Shown: piece by piece, positions 37,781 through 51,589 of the stretch
How positions within the stretch are numbered: the first letter of the stretch is position 1
How the letters are laid out: the number at the start of each line of letters is the position of its first letter
Origin: Leucoraja ocellata
Lineage: Eukaryota
Assembly: GCA_036785375.1 (NCBI GenBank)
Contig: JAWMAR010000140.1
Coordinates: 2,232,001-2,296,000, forward strand
Direction: 5' to 3'
DNA: 64,000 nt
Position numbers and translations under genes: made by a program
The notes under the pieces: generated by a model
Database searches by the model: none
Told to the model about the DNA's origin: nothing
What the model saw: only the letters and a program-made list of their open reading frames with translations

Positions 37781-40700
37781 TCCACAATGTATGGTTAATT
37801 CTTCATATACAGATCATAGTCTGGCCAAGTTCAATATTAAAGTGAGACGATAATACTAATGCTTACACGGTGTTTTTAACAATGAAATGTTTCACAGCTT
37901 ATCAAGCAATGAATTACCTTTTAGACTGCAGTTCCCATTGAGAAAACAAAGACATAATACGCATGGTACAGGGAGAAGGAGGAAAACAGAAGGAATTAAC
38001 AGATCAGTAACTCCACTCGTGCACATTCCCACTGAGTAGTTCTGAAAGCAAAGGTGCATCGGCCTTGAGATAAAGTTACTCATCCTTGGTTGCCTTTTTA
38101 TTATCGGAATAGAACTGTAGTGGATCTGAACCTGACAGACTCAGGCGAGTAGGGGATAATACACAGGAGGCATTTCAAATTAAACAAGAACAAATTGAAG
38201 AGCATTGCAAATGGTAAAATAAAATGTTGTTTTTCTTAACACGAGTAGGGTTGGAACTAATCAATCTCAGGCCACGGAGCTAAGGATAGCAACAGTTTGA
38301 TAAAAGCCTATGGTTAAAGTTTTATTTATCCTCTTTATGTTAGTATCCGATGGTATTGGGGTTAAAAGAGAAGCTCATTTTCACCATTTTCCCAGAATTA
38401 GGCAACATTTATCCCCACGCTCCCGTTCCATTCTCGGTCAGCTGCACTCATTAACTTAGGGTCTGGACACTCAAAAGGGCAAACTTAAAACTTGTTTTGT
38501 TGTGCAAACTGTAACATTCTCCCCCTTCCCAGAGCTTACCCCAACATCTTGAGAAGCAGAGAGTGAACTGTGCATCATCAGCGCAGTTCACGCTGTGACA
38601 GTAATTTCAATGATAGTGGGCACTGTCAGTGGGGTGGAAAGAGCAATTTAAATTTCTCCTTTCACTTTTGTGAGCTCCTTGCATATGTGAACCCTGACCC
38701 ATCACGGTGGAACTCCACTCAAAGAGACCAGACAGACAGAATGGCTCGGAGAATGAGCACAAGCAGCACATTGATTCACATATTAACACGGGAGAAAATA
38801 CAGTCAGTCAAAGGCAAACACTTCTATTTAAAAGAACAAGTACCTAGACAGCATTGGGCAAGACAATGGTTAGAATTTTAGAAACTTGGAAGCCATTCTT
38901 TGGAAATAAAGGCTCATTTTTTTCTTTTGAAAGGAATTTTATTAATAGAATGCTATAACTGTTATACAACTTTGACAATACCAGGGCTTTTTAATCCACT
39001 CCCTTGGTTAAATCAATAACGATTACTTATGACTTATGACTCAAAATACTTATGACTTGGGTTTTCCCAAATCAACTAAAAGCATTGCAGGTTCTACAGA
39101 TTTTTGTTCCACAGCAAATTTCACTGAAGTTCCCAAATGTAATTTTGAAGACAGCACAAAAACCTGTGGGGCCAAGGATATGTGGTAACCTTCATTCTGC
39201 CTCGCAGCAAGGTAGAAGACAAGCAACTCTGAGCCAAGCGCATAGATTTAAACATTGTACTTGGGTTATTATAGGTTTTGCCGGTTTACAGATTGGCAAC
39301 AGAGAGAACTGTATGAAACAGGAGGTCAAGTTCATTTTGCATCCCCACCAAATGGCATGGCCCAACTTCCAATGAAACATGCCACGGTAAACAAAATCCA
39401 TGCGGCACTTTTTGAAACTGACTGCCCCACCGGAGACCCAAGGCAGGCAGGCAGAGCAAGAGCATCCTACCGTAGCGAATGTTTTGGCAATTTATTTGAA
39501 GCACGTTTTTGGCAAACAGAGAATGCCGAGCTTTCGGTGATTTCATTCAGAACCCTGAAGAGCCGAAAGGTGTGTTGTCTTCTTTTAAAAGTGCTTAGGA
39601 CAGCCGCAGAGCAGGAGTACACCAGTTTACCAGGAACCATAAGCCTGACACCAGGACGGCAATGAGAGCACATGATGACTGTCCAGGTGTTTCACCTCTC
39701 AAACCTCCCCCTTCCTCCACCACAACCTCACTCTTTTTCAGTGGTTGGGAACCTTTTTAATTCCAATTTTAGGACAGTCATTGAGATTGAGAAACTAAGC
39801 ACTTCACATTGAATTCAGGTAAAATAATTAGTCAGAGCATTCAAGTATGGGAAAGAACCGGCTTTTTCTGAGGAGGTGTGAAAGCAGACAAGTTTAGAGC
39901 AAACTGTTCAGAGCTCAAAAGAACTCTGAACCTCGGCAGGACATATAAATATGTAACCGCTTGTATGTATATACATTAGCTACACTAGAGCAACATCTAT
40001 GCTTGGCTCTGAGGAAGTAACTTGATGGTTAAAACAACAAGCTATTGGTTGTAATAATTTTAATCCTGATACTTCCCAATTTGCAGGAGTAGCAAGCTTC
40101 CTGATCGCACATGTACTCCATATGAAACTATTCATAAATGGGGTTTGAGGAAAGTTCGTGGTGTGTGGATATATTACAAACTTTAAATGCTGATAATCAA
40201 AACATCATATAATCACTATCCTGCTTTAGTTACAATTCTGGGTTATGAAAAAAACAAGGTGAATGAGGATTCGGTCCTCTCCTGAATCAAGAAAATGTTA
40301 GCTCCACATTCCTGGCTGTGGGATAAGGTCTGGGGTATTTTACTTGTAATCAATCTTCAGTCCCAAGAGGCCACTTATGAACCTGCAAAATCCCAGTCAC
40401 ATTTGTGTAGATTTACCCTTAAAAGGGGGGAAAAAATAATAGTTCTTAATGTTACTCCACTTCTGCCAAGAGCAGGCACATCCTCAATTGGACTCTGGTC
40501 CTTGCTTTACAAACTGTGGGCCATTAACATGATCTAGAATGGATGTATTGATAATACCCAATTGAAGATTAAAAAGATAACCAATTCCTATCCTCTAAAA
40601 ATTGAAAACAAAATGACAACTAGTAACTCAGAAGCCCTTTAAGTAGCACCCAGATAGTTGCCGTTAAGTTTGTGATGTCCAATCAGATTTATTTATGGAG

Positions 40701-41224
40701 AAAAAACTCTAAGATTTTCAGATGTAAAACACATTATTAAAGTTTTTTTTAAATAATTGAAAAATCAATTGTCAGCTTCCTCATAAATTATATTTCTTTT
40801 TTGTAATGTTTCATTGAACATTATCCCCAAAATCCCTCTTCTCTGAAAGCCCCCAGGGTCCGATGCGATCAGATGCACAAGGTTCAGTATTGAAATGTTA
40901 CATGTGGCCAATTCAGAAAGTACAAGTCTGATCTTTGCTGTTTTTCCTACTTCTCAGCTTTATGGAATCACTCAACGTAGCAATTCCTATGTCAGTGCAA
41001 TTGCCTAAATTAATAGAAATACCAGCGGCAGCAAATAAAAGATATTATCTCAAATCTTCCTGCTCTCCAATTGGCAGTCACAGTGAGCACTGGCAAGGCC
41101 AGGTGCCACTTTTTAAAATCGGTCGTCTAAATATGGACCTGTGATGAGATGCATGAACTCAAGAATGCCTCATTTAGCTGCAATCTGCCCCAAAGTTAAG
41201 ATTTGTTAAAATTTAGATTCCAGA

Positions 41225-41494
41225 CTTCAGTGATACAGCGCAGAAACCGAGTCAGCGCCGACCAGCGACCCCCCCCCCGTACACTAGCGCCTTCTTACAG
41301 GGACAATTTTACCGAAACCAATTAATCTACAAACCTGCATGTCCCTGGCATGTGGGAGGAAACCGGAGATACCAGGAGAAAAACCCATGAGGTCACAGGT
41401 AGAACGTACAAACTCCACACCAACAGCACCTGCAGTCAACTGGGTCCCAGGCACTGCAAGACTGCAACTCCACCACTGAGCCAGTGTGACGCCC
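41225..41494 (-). mobile_element. V-SINE (HE1-like)
   Basis: CCAATTAATCTACAAACCTG..TGTGGGAGGAAACCGGAG..AGAACGTACAAACTCC. Confidence 0.85.
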
Positions 41495-42384
41495 AAATTT
41501 CTCCGATGTCACAACGATAAGATTTGTTTCACTGCTGAAGATACTTGTCAACGGACACTAAAATGCAGGAACGTATCTTGGACAAAGACACGAAGTGCCA
41601 AACTAACTAGCCTTTTTTTCTTTTGCCCCATTCTGCACAATTCCCAATGTACACATCACTAATTCCATCTTTTCTCAAGGCAGACATTGTCTATAACGAT
41701 GCAATGAGCCATGTATTTTTCATGTTCATGCGTTTTTTTAAAATAATGAATTCAATTTCAAAACTTTCTTTTGAGCATGGATAGCTATCGCCTCCATCTG
41801 TGTTTGTGTGTGACACAGCCTGTTAACACTGATCGCATGCCACGACCTGCCAAGAAAACAGCATCCAAGGCCAAGTGGACACGGGCAACAAAATTCTTGC
41901 CACGACCCACTTTGAAAATACCAACCTCCCTCAGTGGTACTTTCGGCATTTAACCTTACAAGTCAAAAGAATTGCATTTCACAATTTGTGTATAATTTCA
42001 GCAACATCCAACCACAAACCCTAACAATTACTTCCAGTATAGTCTTCATATCAATGTCAGTAAATGAAAGTGCAGGAACTGCATGCTTATTTTAGAAAAA
42101 GCATCTAAGTGAACTAGTTTAGCAAATAACCAACCCTTCTGGCTGTTGCACGGTATCAGTAGTTTTACAGAGGACTCTGCCGTAAGTGAAATCAATCTGT
42201 CAAACTATTTCAGGCTGGATTTTGCCAATTTCTATATTCGGTTGATCTCGGAAACATTTTGCTCTTGATTCTGTCCTAATCACCTTTGGGAAATAGTTAA
42301 AGATGTTCATAAGAATGACACAGTGGTTTTCAGTTAGTGCTGCTGTTAAGGGCAGCAGAGTGGCACAGCAGTTAATGTTGCTAT

Positions 42385-42715
42385 GAGGATGTGGTATGGT
42401 GGCACAGTGGTTAGTGCAGAACCATCTGCTCCAGCCATCTGGGTTTGACCCTGAACTCCGGTACTCTCTGTGTGGTGTTTGCATGTTCTTCTTGTAACAT
42501 TGTGGGTTTCCCTCAGGTGCCCTGCTTCCCTCCCACATTCTGAAGGCCTTCTGGTTGCTAGATAATTGGCGATTGTGAATTACCCCTGGTGTGGGTGAGC
42601 AGCAGGTTAATAGGCACGCAAGAGAGAACGGATTACAGGGAGATAAATGGGGGAACAAGATGAATGGGATGGCTCAAAGAGCTGACTAGGCTTGATGGGT
42701 TTAATGGCCTCCTAA
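42385..42715 (+). mobile_element. Old V-SINE
   Basis: GGTGGCACAGTGGTTAG A box, GGTTTGACC B box, TGTGGGTTTCCCTCAGGTGC..TTCCCTCCCACA central domain. Confidence 0.78.
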
Positions 42716-43839
42716 ATCCTAAGAAAATCTAAATAAGGACCGGAAGTGTTTTTTGAGAATAAACTAAACATGCGCACGCTCAACATTATTCAGCTCGCTG
42801 GTGTCCCGCAAAAAAAAAACAAAGATAGGCTCCCAAAATAGCTGGTGCAAAAGTCTGATGTGATATTTTCCATAAAACGGAGCAAAAATGACACCAAATA
42901 AATTCACGACTGCAAATCATACACATCCTACAGGCCGTGATGCAACAATGATGATATCTATCCGAATGAATACTGAAACATGGCTTTTGGGGTAAATGCA
43001 AAAAGCGGCTTTCTCAAGAAGTCTTTAGTATAAATATTTTAGAGCCAAAGCTTCAGAAGAACTGTCAGTTCCGTGCTGGAGTATTGATTAGGTTTTCAGT
43101 TGTGAACCAGAGGCATTTCCTTCCATTCGTAGCAGCCCATTAAGCTGATCAGAGAACAACCCCCCCCCCCCCCCCCCCCCCCCACCCCCACCCCCCCCTC
43201 CCCATCTAAAAAAAAGCCTTTTGCGCAAAATAACAATTGATATTATTGCCGTGTGCTCACACCTACACACCAAAAGTAAACTGCAATGAAAATCTTCAAT
43301 GTGTGAAGGCACTCATAAATTATGCAAGAACAGCATTAAGATATTCTGAGGAAACAATTTTTTTTTAAAGGAAAAGGAATGACCTACAACAGACATGATG
43401 CATTGTGACAGAAATAAAATGCTGGAGAACTGCTCTTTGTACTGGGAGCTCATCATCGAGTACCAGAATAGTTAGCACTCAGAGTACTGTAAATTATCAC
43501 TAGTCAAGGCCATTGATTTTCTGTGTATTATTTCTTTGGGATCAGAGGAACAATACAGCCCTGCTAACCCCTTCCCCAGCAGCTACGCCATTCACAAGAC
43601 TGGGGTCTGATTTGCCAGCACGGGCTCCTTCACATTTTTTTCACCCACTTTTTCCCTCAGTCTTGTGTCCATCATGTACAATACATCCTTTTGTCCTGAT
43701 ATTCCCCCCTCCTTTTGCTGTCACATCACGTTTCTAGACACCACGTGTGGATTAGTTTGCAGATGATTTCTATAGGGCAAGTTCAACCTCTCCCATTTAT
43801 GAAAGACTCTCAATTTAATTTGCTTGCACAAACAGCAAA

Positions 43840-43945
43840 CCTCTCTCTCCCTCCCTCTCTCTCTCTCTCTATTTCACTCTCTCTCTCTCTCTCGCTCTCT
43901 CCCCCTCCCTCCACCACCCCTCTCCAAAACCACCCCACCCCCCCC
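43840..43945. repeat. (CT)n microsatellite and C-rich tract
   Basis: Directly visible. Confidence 0.9.
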
Positions 43946-45722
43946 TGTCCAAAGCCCTCGGGTTACAGGCATTATCACAAGTCTTTACAAGGCAAGCCAG
44001 GAAAGACGATAAGAGCTGGCCGGCCTGCCCGCAAGGCCAGGCAGACCAGTCTCAACTGGTTCTCAAGATAAAAACTGAGCGGTGTCGGCTTTTTACCCCC
44101 CACAGCCAAAAGACCCAGGAGCATTAATACTGTCAGCAGGTAAAGAAAAAAACTGCTGGATGACTGTGACACTTTCATCAAAAGTCTGGAGCCAAGCCAA
44201 GTTCATATATGTTAATGGCCAGCCATCATCAGGGCCTCCAATCCCCTCCCCTCCCCCACCAAGCCCTCCTCCACCCCTGCCAGTCTACTCTTCTACCCCT
44301 CAGCTCCTAAAAGCTAGACATAGATTATGTCTGCCTTTCCTTTTCTATTCGGGATAAACAAAGTGCTTCAAGTTCAGGGCACACCCTGGGACCTATGACA
44401 AAGCAATCTATCATTCTGTCTGCTAAACCAGTCTGGTTGCACCAAGGCGAAAGAGACTAATGGTTCAAATGTACAATTTCCCTTTGTGCTGCTGCCCCGG
44501 TGTTGCTAACCCCTTTCTTTACCGTCTTCAGACGAGCAGATGTGCTTGACCGCTCTGTGTAAGCCCCTCCCAGCCAAGTTAGCTTTAATAAAAAAGCTGA
44601 AGAGGAGGAGAAGCACAAAGCTATATTAAATGAAAAGAAAGTGACTGTTCCTTTTTCTCTGCTTGAAAAGTTTAAAAAAGAAATTCATGCGTCTTGATGA
44701 AAGTAGTTTCTAAATAACAGGATTTTAAAAGCTGCTACTGGTGATCCTGAAAAGAACGGGGTCAAGGAAACGGCAAATAAATTATTACAGGATGCCCTTG
44801 CTACTTCAAATGTTTCACTTGTGGCAAATAGGTTTGGAAAACATTTCTGTTAGAACTTTCCATGTTTAAGAAGCTTTCAAGCTGCTTTTCAGTCAGGGCT
44901 CTTTACAGATAGTCGCTCGCTAACATCACGCATTCCTAATTCTGTTTGTCTCTGTGTACATTAGACATTTTAAAGTACTTCATTTTGCTCTTGATCACTT
45001 GTATCTGTGCACATTTAAGGCAGCATCAGGTTTAGCTTGATCTTTAATAAATCTACTCTGGGGGTGGTTTATTTTAGATAAACCATTTTCTGTGCTGGTG
45101 TGCACAGATTGGTTCATTAACAGCTCATGCAGTGAGCTGAATCCATTCACGTCTGCACAGGGAAACCAATTCAGATTGATCTGAAATAGGGAAATTACCA
45201 TAGGGAGCAGATAGCCAAACAGGTCGGACTCAAGCTGTCAATAAGCTGATTTATTAAAGACCGATTCAAACCGATGTCGCTATTCACGCAGCCATTGAGC
45301 AGCGACACCCACCGACTCTCCCGTCCTCACACTTCTGCACTGCCACGATTTGATCTGAACACATCAAAAGCAAAACGAACCAGGTTCCAATTCAAAACTT
45401 TTGAAGGATTTACGATAAAGCCCCCCCCCCCCCCCCCTCCCCATTATGCTGTCCACCATTGTACATTTTAATGTGTGCTCGGTTTTGTTCAGTTTGCATT
45501 TCTCGAGAGGAAAGTCGGAACACATTGGAGGAAAGCACAACTCTCGAATACTTTACTTGGATCAAGCTGGTTTCACTTCCCTGTGTACAAATTATAAACC
45601 CGATCACCTCTGATTGAAGCAAAGAACATAGGTTAATATCAGTCCAAACGTTCAACAAAGGCAGCCAACCATTCCTCAGAAAGAATAGCATTCCCAAATT
45701 AATGTGATATACTGTATGGTAA

Positions 45723-45757
<35 letters not shown>

Positions 45758-45773
45758 GGTGGGGGGGGGGGGG
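45723..45773. repeat. (GCT)11 followed by poly-G
   Basis: Directly visible. Confidence 0.95.
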
Positions 45774-47125
45774 AGAAGATGAGGAATTATATTCACTGTT
45801 TGCATCTTCCATCCAAATAAAAGGACAGATCCTCATTCATCCTCCATATTAATTTGTATAGAATCTCCACTGTTTATTATCAAGGCTCCTTACATTTGAA
45901 TTCCTTGGTACAGATCAGCTTTGTAATCAGCCTTAATTCTAGTTTCTTTGATGCAAGAATCAGCGATAAAAAGTAGCAGTTGCAAACTGCTCATCTTTTC
46001 ATCATTCTGCAGTAACAGCGATCTCAAAGGATATTTAAAAAAAAAACACTTCTCGTGAAAGTGTTCAGGTTTTAGGAGACAGATTCTCTCCAACAAGCTC
46101 AGGCAATGGGTACGTTTAATTTTCCTTCCGTTTGTGTGGTGGCCATGTTCAGTGCAATTAAGCAAAAAATTCCTCAATGCATCAAAGTGGTGTAATATCG
46201 CGACCGAGTCGAGATGGGACATTAATTTTTTTTCTTGCAAAAATTGAAAAAGCAACATTTTTTACCATACCGTAAAATGAGAGATTTAATTCAGCAGTAT
46301 TTAACTATTCTGTTGGGAAGAGGGCATGATGCCAAAGTCAAGTCATTCTAACTGTTTTGCAGACACACGACAGCGGAACAAACAACATGGCATGGAGCAC
46401 CTTGCTTATACTGTATCACTAGACACATTCTTTCACCTATTCCACCCCTTCCTTCCCGCTGGTCTTCAGTTCTCTACGTACAAAAAAAGTGGGGGGGGGG
46501 GGGGAACGTAAATTATCCATTAGATTTCGTCGTATCTTGCTAATGCAATTACATCAAGAAAATTATAGCGCGTGTGGAATCAATTATGCATGCACTTGGA
46601 CCAGGACCAAAGGCTACAAAGTCAGATAGGACTGCGCACACGGAAAAAAAAAACTAGAACTCACAGATGGACCCCATCAGTTCATCTTACTGTCTAAAAA
46701 GTTCATGCACTTAATAATTTATTTGTGTTCTGGATACTGTTTCACCGATGAATATTAACAACTCTGAAGCATGCTTTCAGCATCGCAGAGCGGGCGGGAG
46801 GAAGCGGGCAGCTAGCAGCTTTTGACTACAGCATCTTTGGGAAAAGAGCCACAGTGGCAGCTTCTGTGCTAATGCCGAGAACATGATCAGAAGTGATTAA
46901 CAACAGCTTCATATGCAAATTACATTAATAAAGGAGTGCAAAGTCATCATGTAAATTAAACATGTCAAATCTCTTGGTGAACTTTCAATCTTGGGGAAAG
47001 GGGGGAGAAACTGGCACTGCTTTAATTTACAACATCAATTTTCCAAGCTCTGAAACACTCAAGTCTTTGGCGATACAAACAATTTTCACCTTTTTTTCTG
47101 CAGCATTCTGACAGGCCAGCCTGAT

Positions 47126-47321
47126 NNNNNNNNNNNNNNNNNNNNNNNNNNNNNNNNNNNNNNNNNNNNNNNNNNNNNNNNNNNNNNNNNNNNNNNNNNN
47201 NNNNNNNNNNNNNNNNNNNNNNNNNNNNNNNNNNNNNNNNNNNNNNNNNNNNNNNNNNNNNNNNNNNNNNNNNNNNNNNNNNNNNNNNNNNNNNNNNNNN
47301 NNNNNNNNNNNNNNNNNNNNN
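47126..47321. other. Assembly gap (196 N)
   Basis: Run of N. Confidence 1.
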
Positions 47322-50300
47322 CAGCAAGATTCATCCAGAAAGTGCAGGTTGTTCTGAGCTATTTTTTAAAGTTTTTTTTTCATGCAAAAATATTATATCC
47401 GTTAATCTAAGTTTGCCGCAAATAAAAATCCTCAAGACAGGTCTCAGGAACAATAACAACGCCAGGATAATAACACATATTGGCATCCGTGGATCTAAAT
47501 TATCATTCGGAAACGTACCAATAGATGTCTAACAATGAGCAACACACACACACTCACAATCTGCATACATTGATTAAAAACACACACACATGACAATTAG
47601 CTAGCTGTGAGTGCTGTGAGACTATATTGCATACGGCGCAACATTTATAATATTCAACTGTGGGGTATCGGACAATGGCTAACTCCACAATATGGGCTAG
47701 GAGCAAATACATTATTTAAAAATTTGGGGGGTTTTCATCAAATGAGCAAATACAAGATGGATGGCCACAACATACCTCATTGTACCTAATGCTCTTCAGC
47801 ATGTTTTCAGAATCATTCAGTAAAAATAAATCAGTTTCATGCAGGAAAGGGGTAATAAGGAGAACAAATACCAGGATTTAGTGGGAAAATAGCTCTCAGA
47901 ATGATCAAGGTTTGTTTGATATTTAATTTGTGATTGCATGAATATTAGCGCTGTTGAGCCCATTGCCCACTGGTCTCTCTTTCACATCAGAGTCCATCAA
48001 GGAACTCTGCGATCACCAAACCCGTGAACAGGGCTGTGGAAATGAAGAGGAAATGACAAGCAGCTGCTCTATCAAATAGCCACAGTCATTTGAGCATTTC
48101 AAAAGAAAACCCAGGAGTAACAAGAGCAAAACACTTGTGGCCACACGTTCTTCTGAAACGATTGCTGCTCGTGTATGTTAACAACATTCCAAGAATCAGG
48201 CAGCTCCCGAACTGCAGCTCACCGTGGAGGAACAGTCACTGTCTGAATATCATGAGATGGGTGAGCTCTTCGTCCTATCACTGCTAATCCCGACCAACCC
48301 ATTTCCCACACTAAACAATAACGTTGTATCGCAGTGTGATCAAATATATGCAAAGCAGAGTTATTAAAAATTAGATGGCTAATTCAAAAACAAACTATTT
48401 CTTTATAATTGGTGGAAATTCTTCCTCTCCTGTTTCCAGAAATTCTCCCTCCCCCGGGCCCAGCCATGTACGTATTAAAGCTAAAATGGATGTATATTCG
48501 ATTGCCCAAATATTGTTCTCCCTTCATTAATGAAACAACTAATGAATTCATTTGAATACTATGTTAAAGAATCATAGGAATGGCCCAACTTGCCACTTCA
48601 GTATGCACTCAGAACCGAATATACTGTGTGAACATCATTCGTTATTAGCCCCAGCTAACTGGTATCATATTTAGCCAAAACACATGATAATTCCTTAAGG
48701 CAAAATATTTATAATAATGATCAGATTTCGTGTTTTTTAATGTGATTAAACGGGCATCTTGCTCAGATATACAGTAGGTGCCAATATAACAAACGTAACT
48801 GATAACTTCCACTTTAGTGGAAAACAATTGGCAAGGTCTGGCTTATTGTAAAATTAATTTATCATTAGATAATGTTCATCATGTAATGGTGAAATTCTTT
48901 ACAAGAATTTTCATTTGTTTAAAAAGGTCCGTGCCCATTTCCCAAATGGTGCCATGCCCAGAGCTGCCATCTCTATCCTAGCACAATATTACAGTGCACT
49001 CATGAATAACATTAATATTACAGCATGGCATCTCACAGGACATTTACATGATCCCATCTGAGCTTACACCTGAGGGCCACACTCAGACTTGGTAATTGAG
49101 CTCTGATTGTAAAGGCAAATGAAGAACACTAAAAACCTGCTGGGATCTGCGTTGACCTCTTTCCTCCCTGCACCTTGCTCTTTCCAGTGCCAACGTGTTT
49201 CTCAGACGCTGAATAGGAACACTGGTTCCAAATCAATATTGGGAGGGAGGGAGAGTGGGGTGGGGGCAGAGGGGAGTCAATGCAGAAATAGGCACAAAGA
49301 GGGAAGAGAATATTGTAAAATGAGAGGAACCCAGCGGGCCTGGTATGCACTGCTGCACCAGCATTCAATATTACACTAGTACAGAGCACAAAGCTGAATA
49401 CTTAAGATACCCAGTGCTTTGAGCTTTTGGGAAAGGGGTGGCATGATGCCAGGAAATGGCCGACTAGGCACTAAATGCTTTTATTCCACAAAGCCTTGGC
49501 AATATGAATGTAAAAATTTAGACAATGAATTATTCTCCACCAAATAAACCTGTTTTTTTTTTTCATTATTATTCCTTACAACTGAAAATATATTCCAAAA
49601 ATATATAATTTTATCAAAGCTATCACAAAAGGAACAGAGTGCTGGTGCCCTGGCTAGTTTGGTGTCAGCAGTCAGCCACCGATTACCAAGGTTAACAAAA
49701 CATCCACTATATTAGGATACTGGTCTCACTTCTAGTATTTTACAAAACTGGACTTAGACACAGCATTCTCCTAAACACAATCTAATTAAAGGAATCCACA
49801 AACCATTTTCAAATAAATGAAAGTAACAAAACAAAAATGCTTATTCCCTCTGCCTTGCAGTGCACACTTAAAACCTCAGCACCATCAAAATAGACAATAA
49901 ATAAAACTTTTCATGATCAGTCTGTTTAATGTAATGAGAAGCTCATGGCTGCACTGCAATTTTTACCCCCTTTACAATATTTCATAGCGGTTATTTCATA
50001 ACAACCTGGACGGGAATTTTACCAATTATAATCTATTTTTTAATAGATACTTTGTAAATGTGAGCTGTGAAATTACAAAAAATTTGTCAGGAAAATAGTT
50101 CAAACTTTTTTCACCACGGCAAATAAGGAACAGCAGGGAGGGCTCGGAAGTGTATATGCAATCATATAGCTTAGTTTGTAAAATGCAGTGTAATAAAGTA
50201 CACATTTGTAATGCTTGTTGTTAAAAGTTTACGACTGATTATTTAATTATTCATAATATGGAAAACGTGTGACAGAATATTTATTATTTTATTCTGAAAC

Positions 50301-51589
50301 TGCTCTTCATGGGACAAAATTGCTCTTTTTTCTAATGTCCATGCAGATAGAGCGGCTCATGCATTGCATTTAGGAGTCTAAATGCCTGCTGTACAGGCGC
50401 GGGTTTGTGTGCTTGGTCTCCAATGCATGCAATAAGCTACTGTGCAGTTCGCTGGTTGTTTGATACAGTCTGGATCAGATTTGTTTGACGGTAGCTGTGT
50501 GGCATCTCCTTTGAGTTGCTTTCCTCAATATGTAAATAGCAGGTTGCATCACTCTAGCGATAGCCCATATTTGGCGATTTAGCGTGGCTTTTACAGTCTC
50601 TAAAGGCTAGGAGCCCCTTCCGCCAAGCTCCAGGTTCATTAATCATGCCCTGTATTTGTGTTCATTTCCCTTTGCATCTGAGACTGTGCATGTAAATGGT
50701 CACGACATTATTTGTCCCCTCAAAGAATCTCCAACCCACTTTCTCAAAGGTAAATACCAGATCCACTTTTATAGGAATAATAACGCAACCCTCCAACCTT
50801 CTCCCAAAAAGGCAAAACCATAATATATCAAAATTGTAAAATAAAGCAGCCAGTCGTGGGGACATTTTCTTTCTAAATAAAAGCAATTTCTCTGGAATGT
50901 GCTGGGTATCTTCCTGCATAATTGGTTGCCATTAAGTAAACATAATCTGCAATGCACCTTTTATCTTGTTTTTTTTCTGGGATGTATTAACATCTTTGAT
51001 TGAAGTAGCTATGTGAGCAAAACAAGGCCACATTCAACTTTGAAAATTAGCACATGAACGTGCACACTGTCTTGAGAATCTGCTTAAATTGAGAAATGCG
51101 TTCTTGAACCAGGACCAGTTATTCAACAGGAAATAAACCACACAATTAAAATTAACTAGCAAACTGTCTCAAATAACAACATCTTCATTAAAAATATCCT
51201 AATATCACAACTCTGACATAAAAACATGAAGGTGACCTAAAAAAATAACTAACGGAACTATTATTTTCTATCAGCACAAATTGCTTGCAAAGAGGATTTC
51301 TAAGGATTTGCTTACTTCAAATCAGAGATATGAAAGAGCATTAGAACAGAATATAGTCATAATTTTATCACAAGTTTAAAGCCTTTACATTTTCCTCAGT
51401 GTTTTCACTCTCAATGTTTTAAACAAGCCACGAAACAAAGATAATTAAAGAAACACAAAATAATATTCAGAGACGAAAATGGCTATCAAACTCCTGTATT
51501 AACTTGAAGAAAATACATGAATCAATTTGACCTTATTTTTCAGGAGATGATGAAAAAAAACTGTGAGGTTGTGCCAGGGACTGGGGACG

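Noticed and set aside
37892-38083. DKL at the ORF end, resembling the start of exon 3 (DKLLHW)
   Set aside because: Followed immediately by a stop codon and has no AG acceptor.
47022-47334. ORFs spanning the X run
   Set aside because: Artefacts of the assembly gap.
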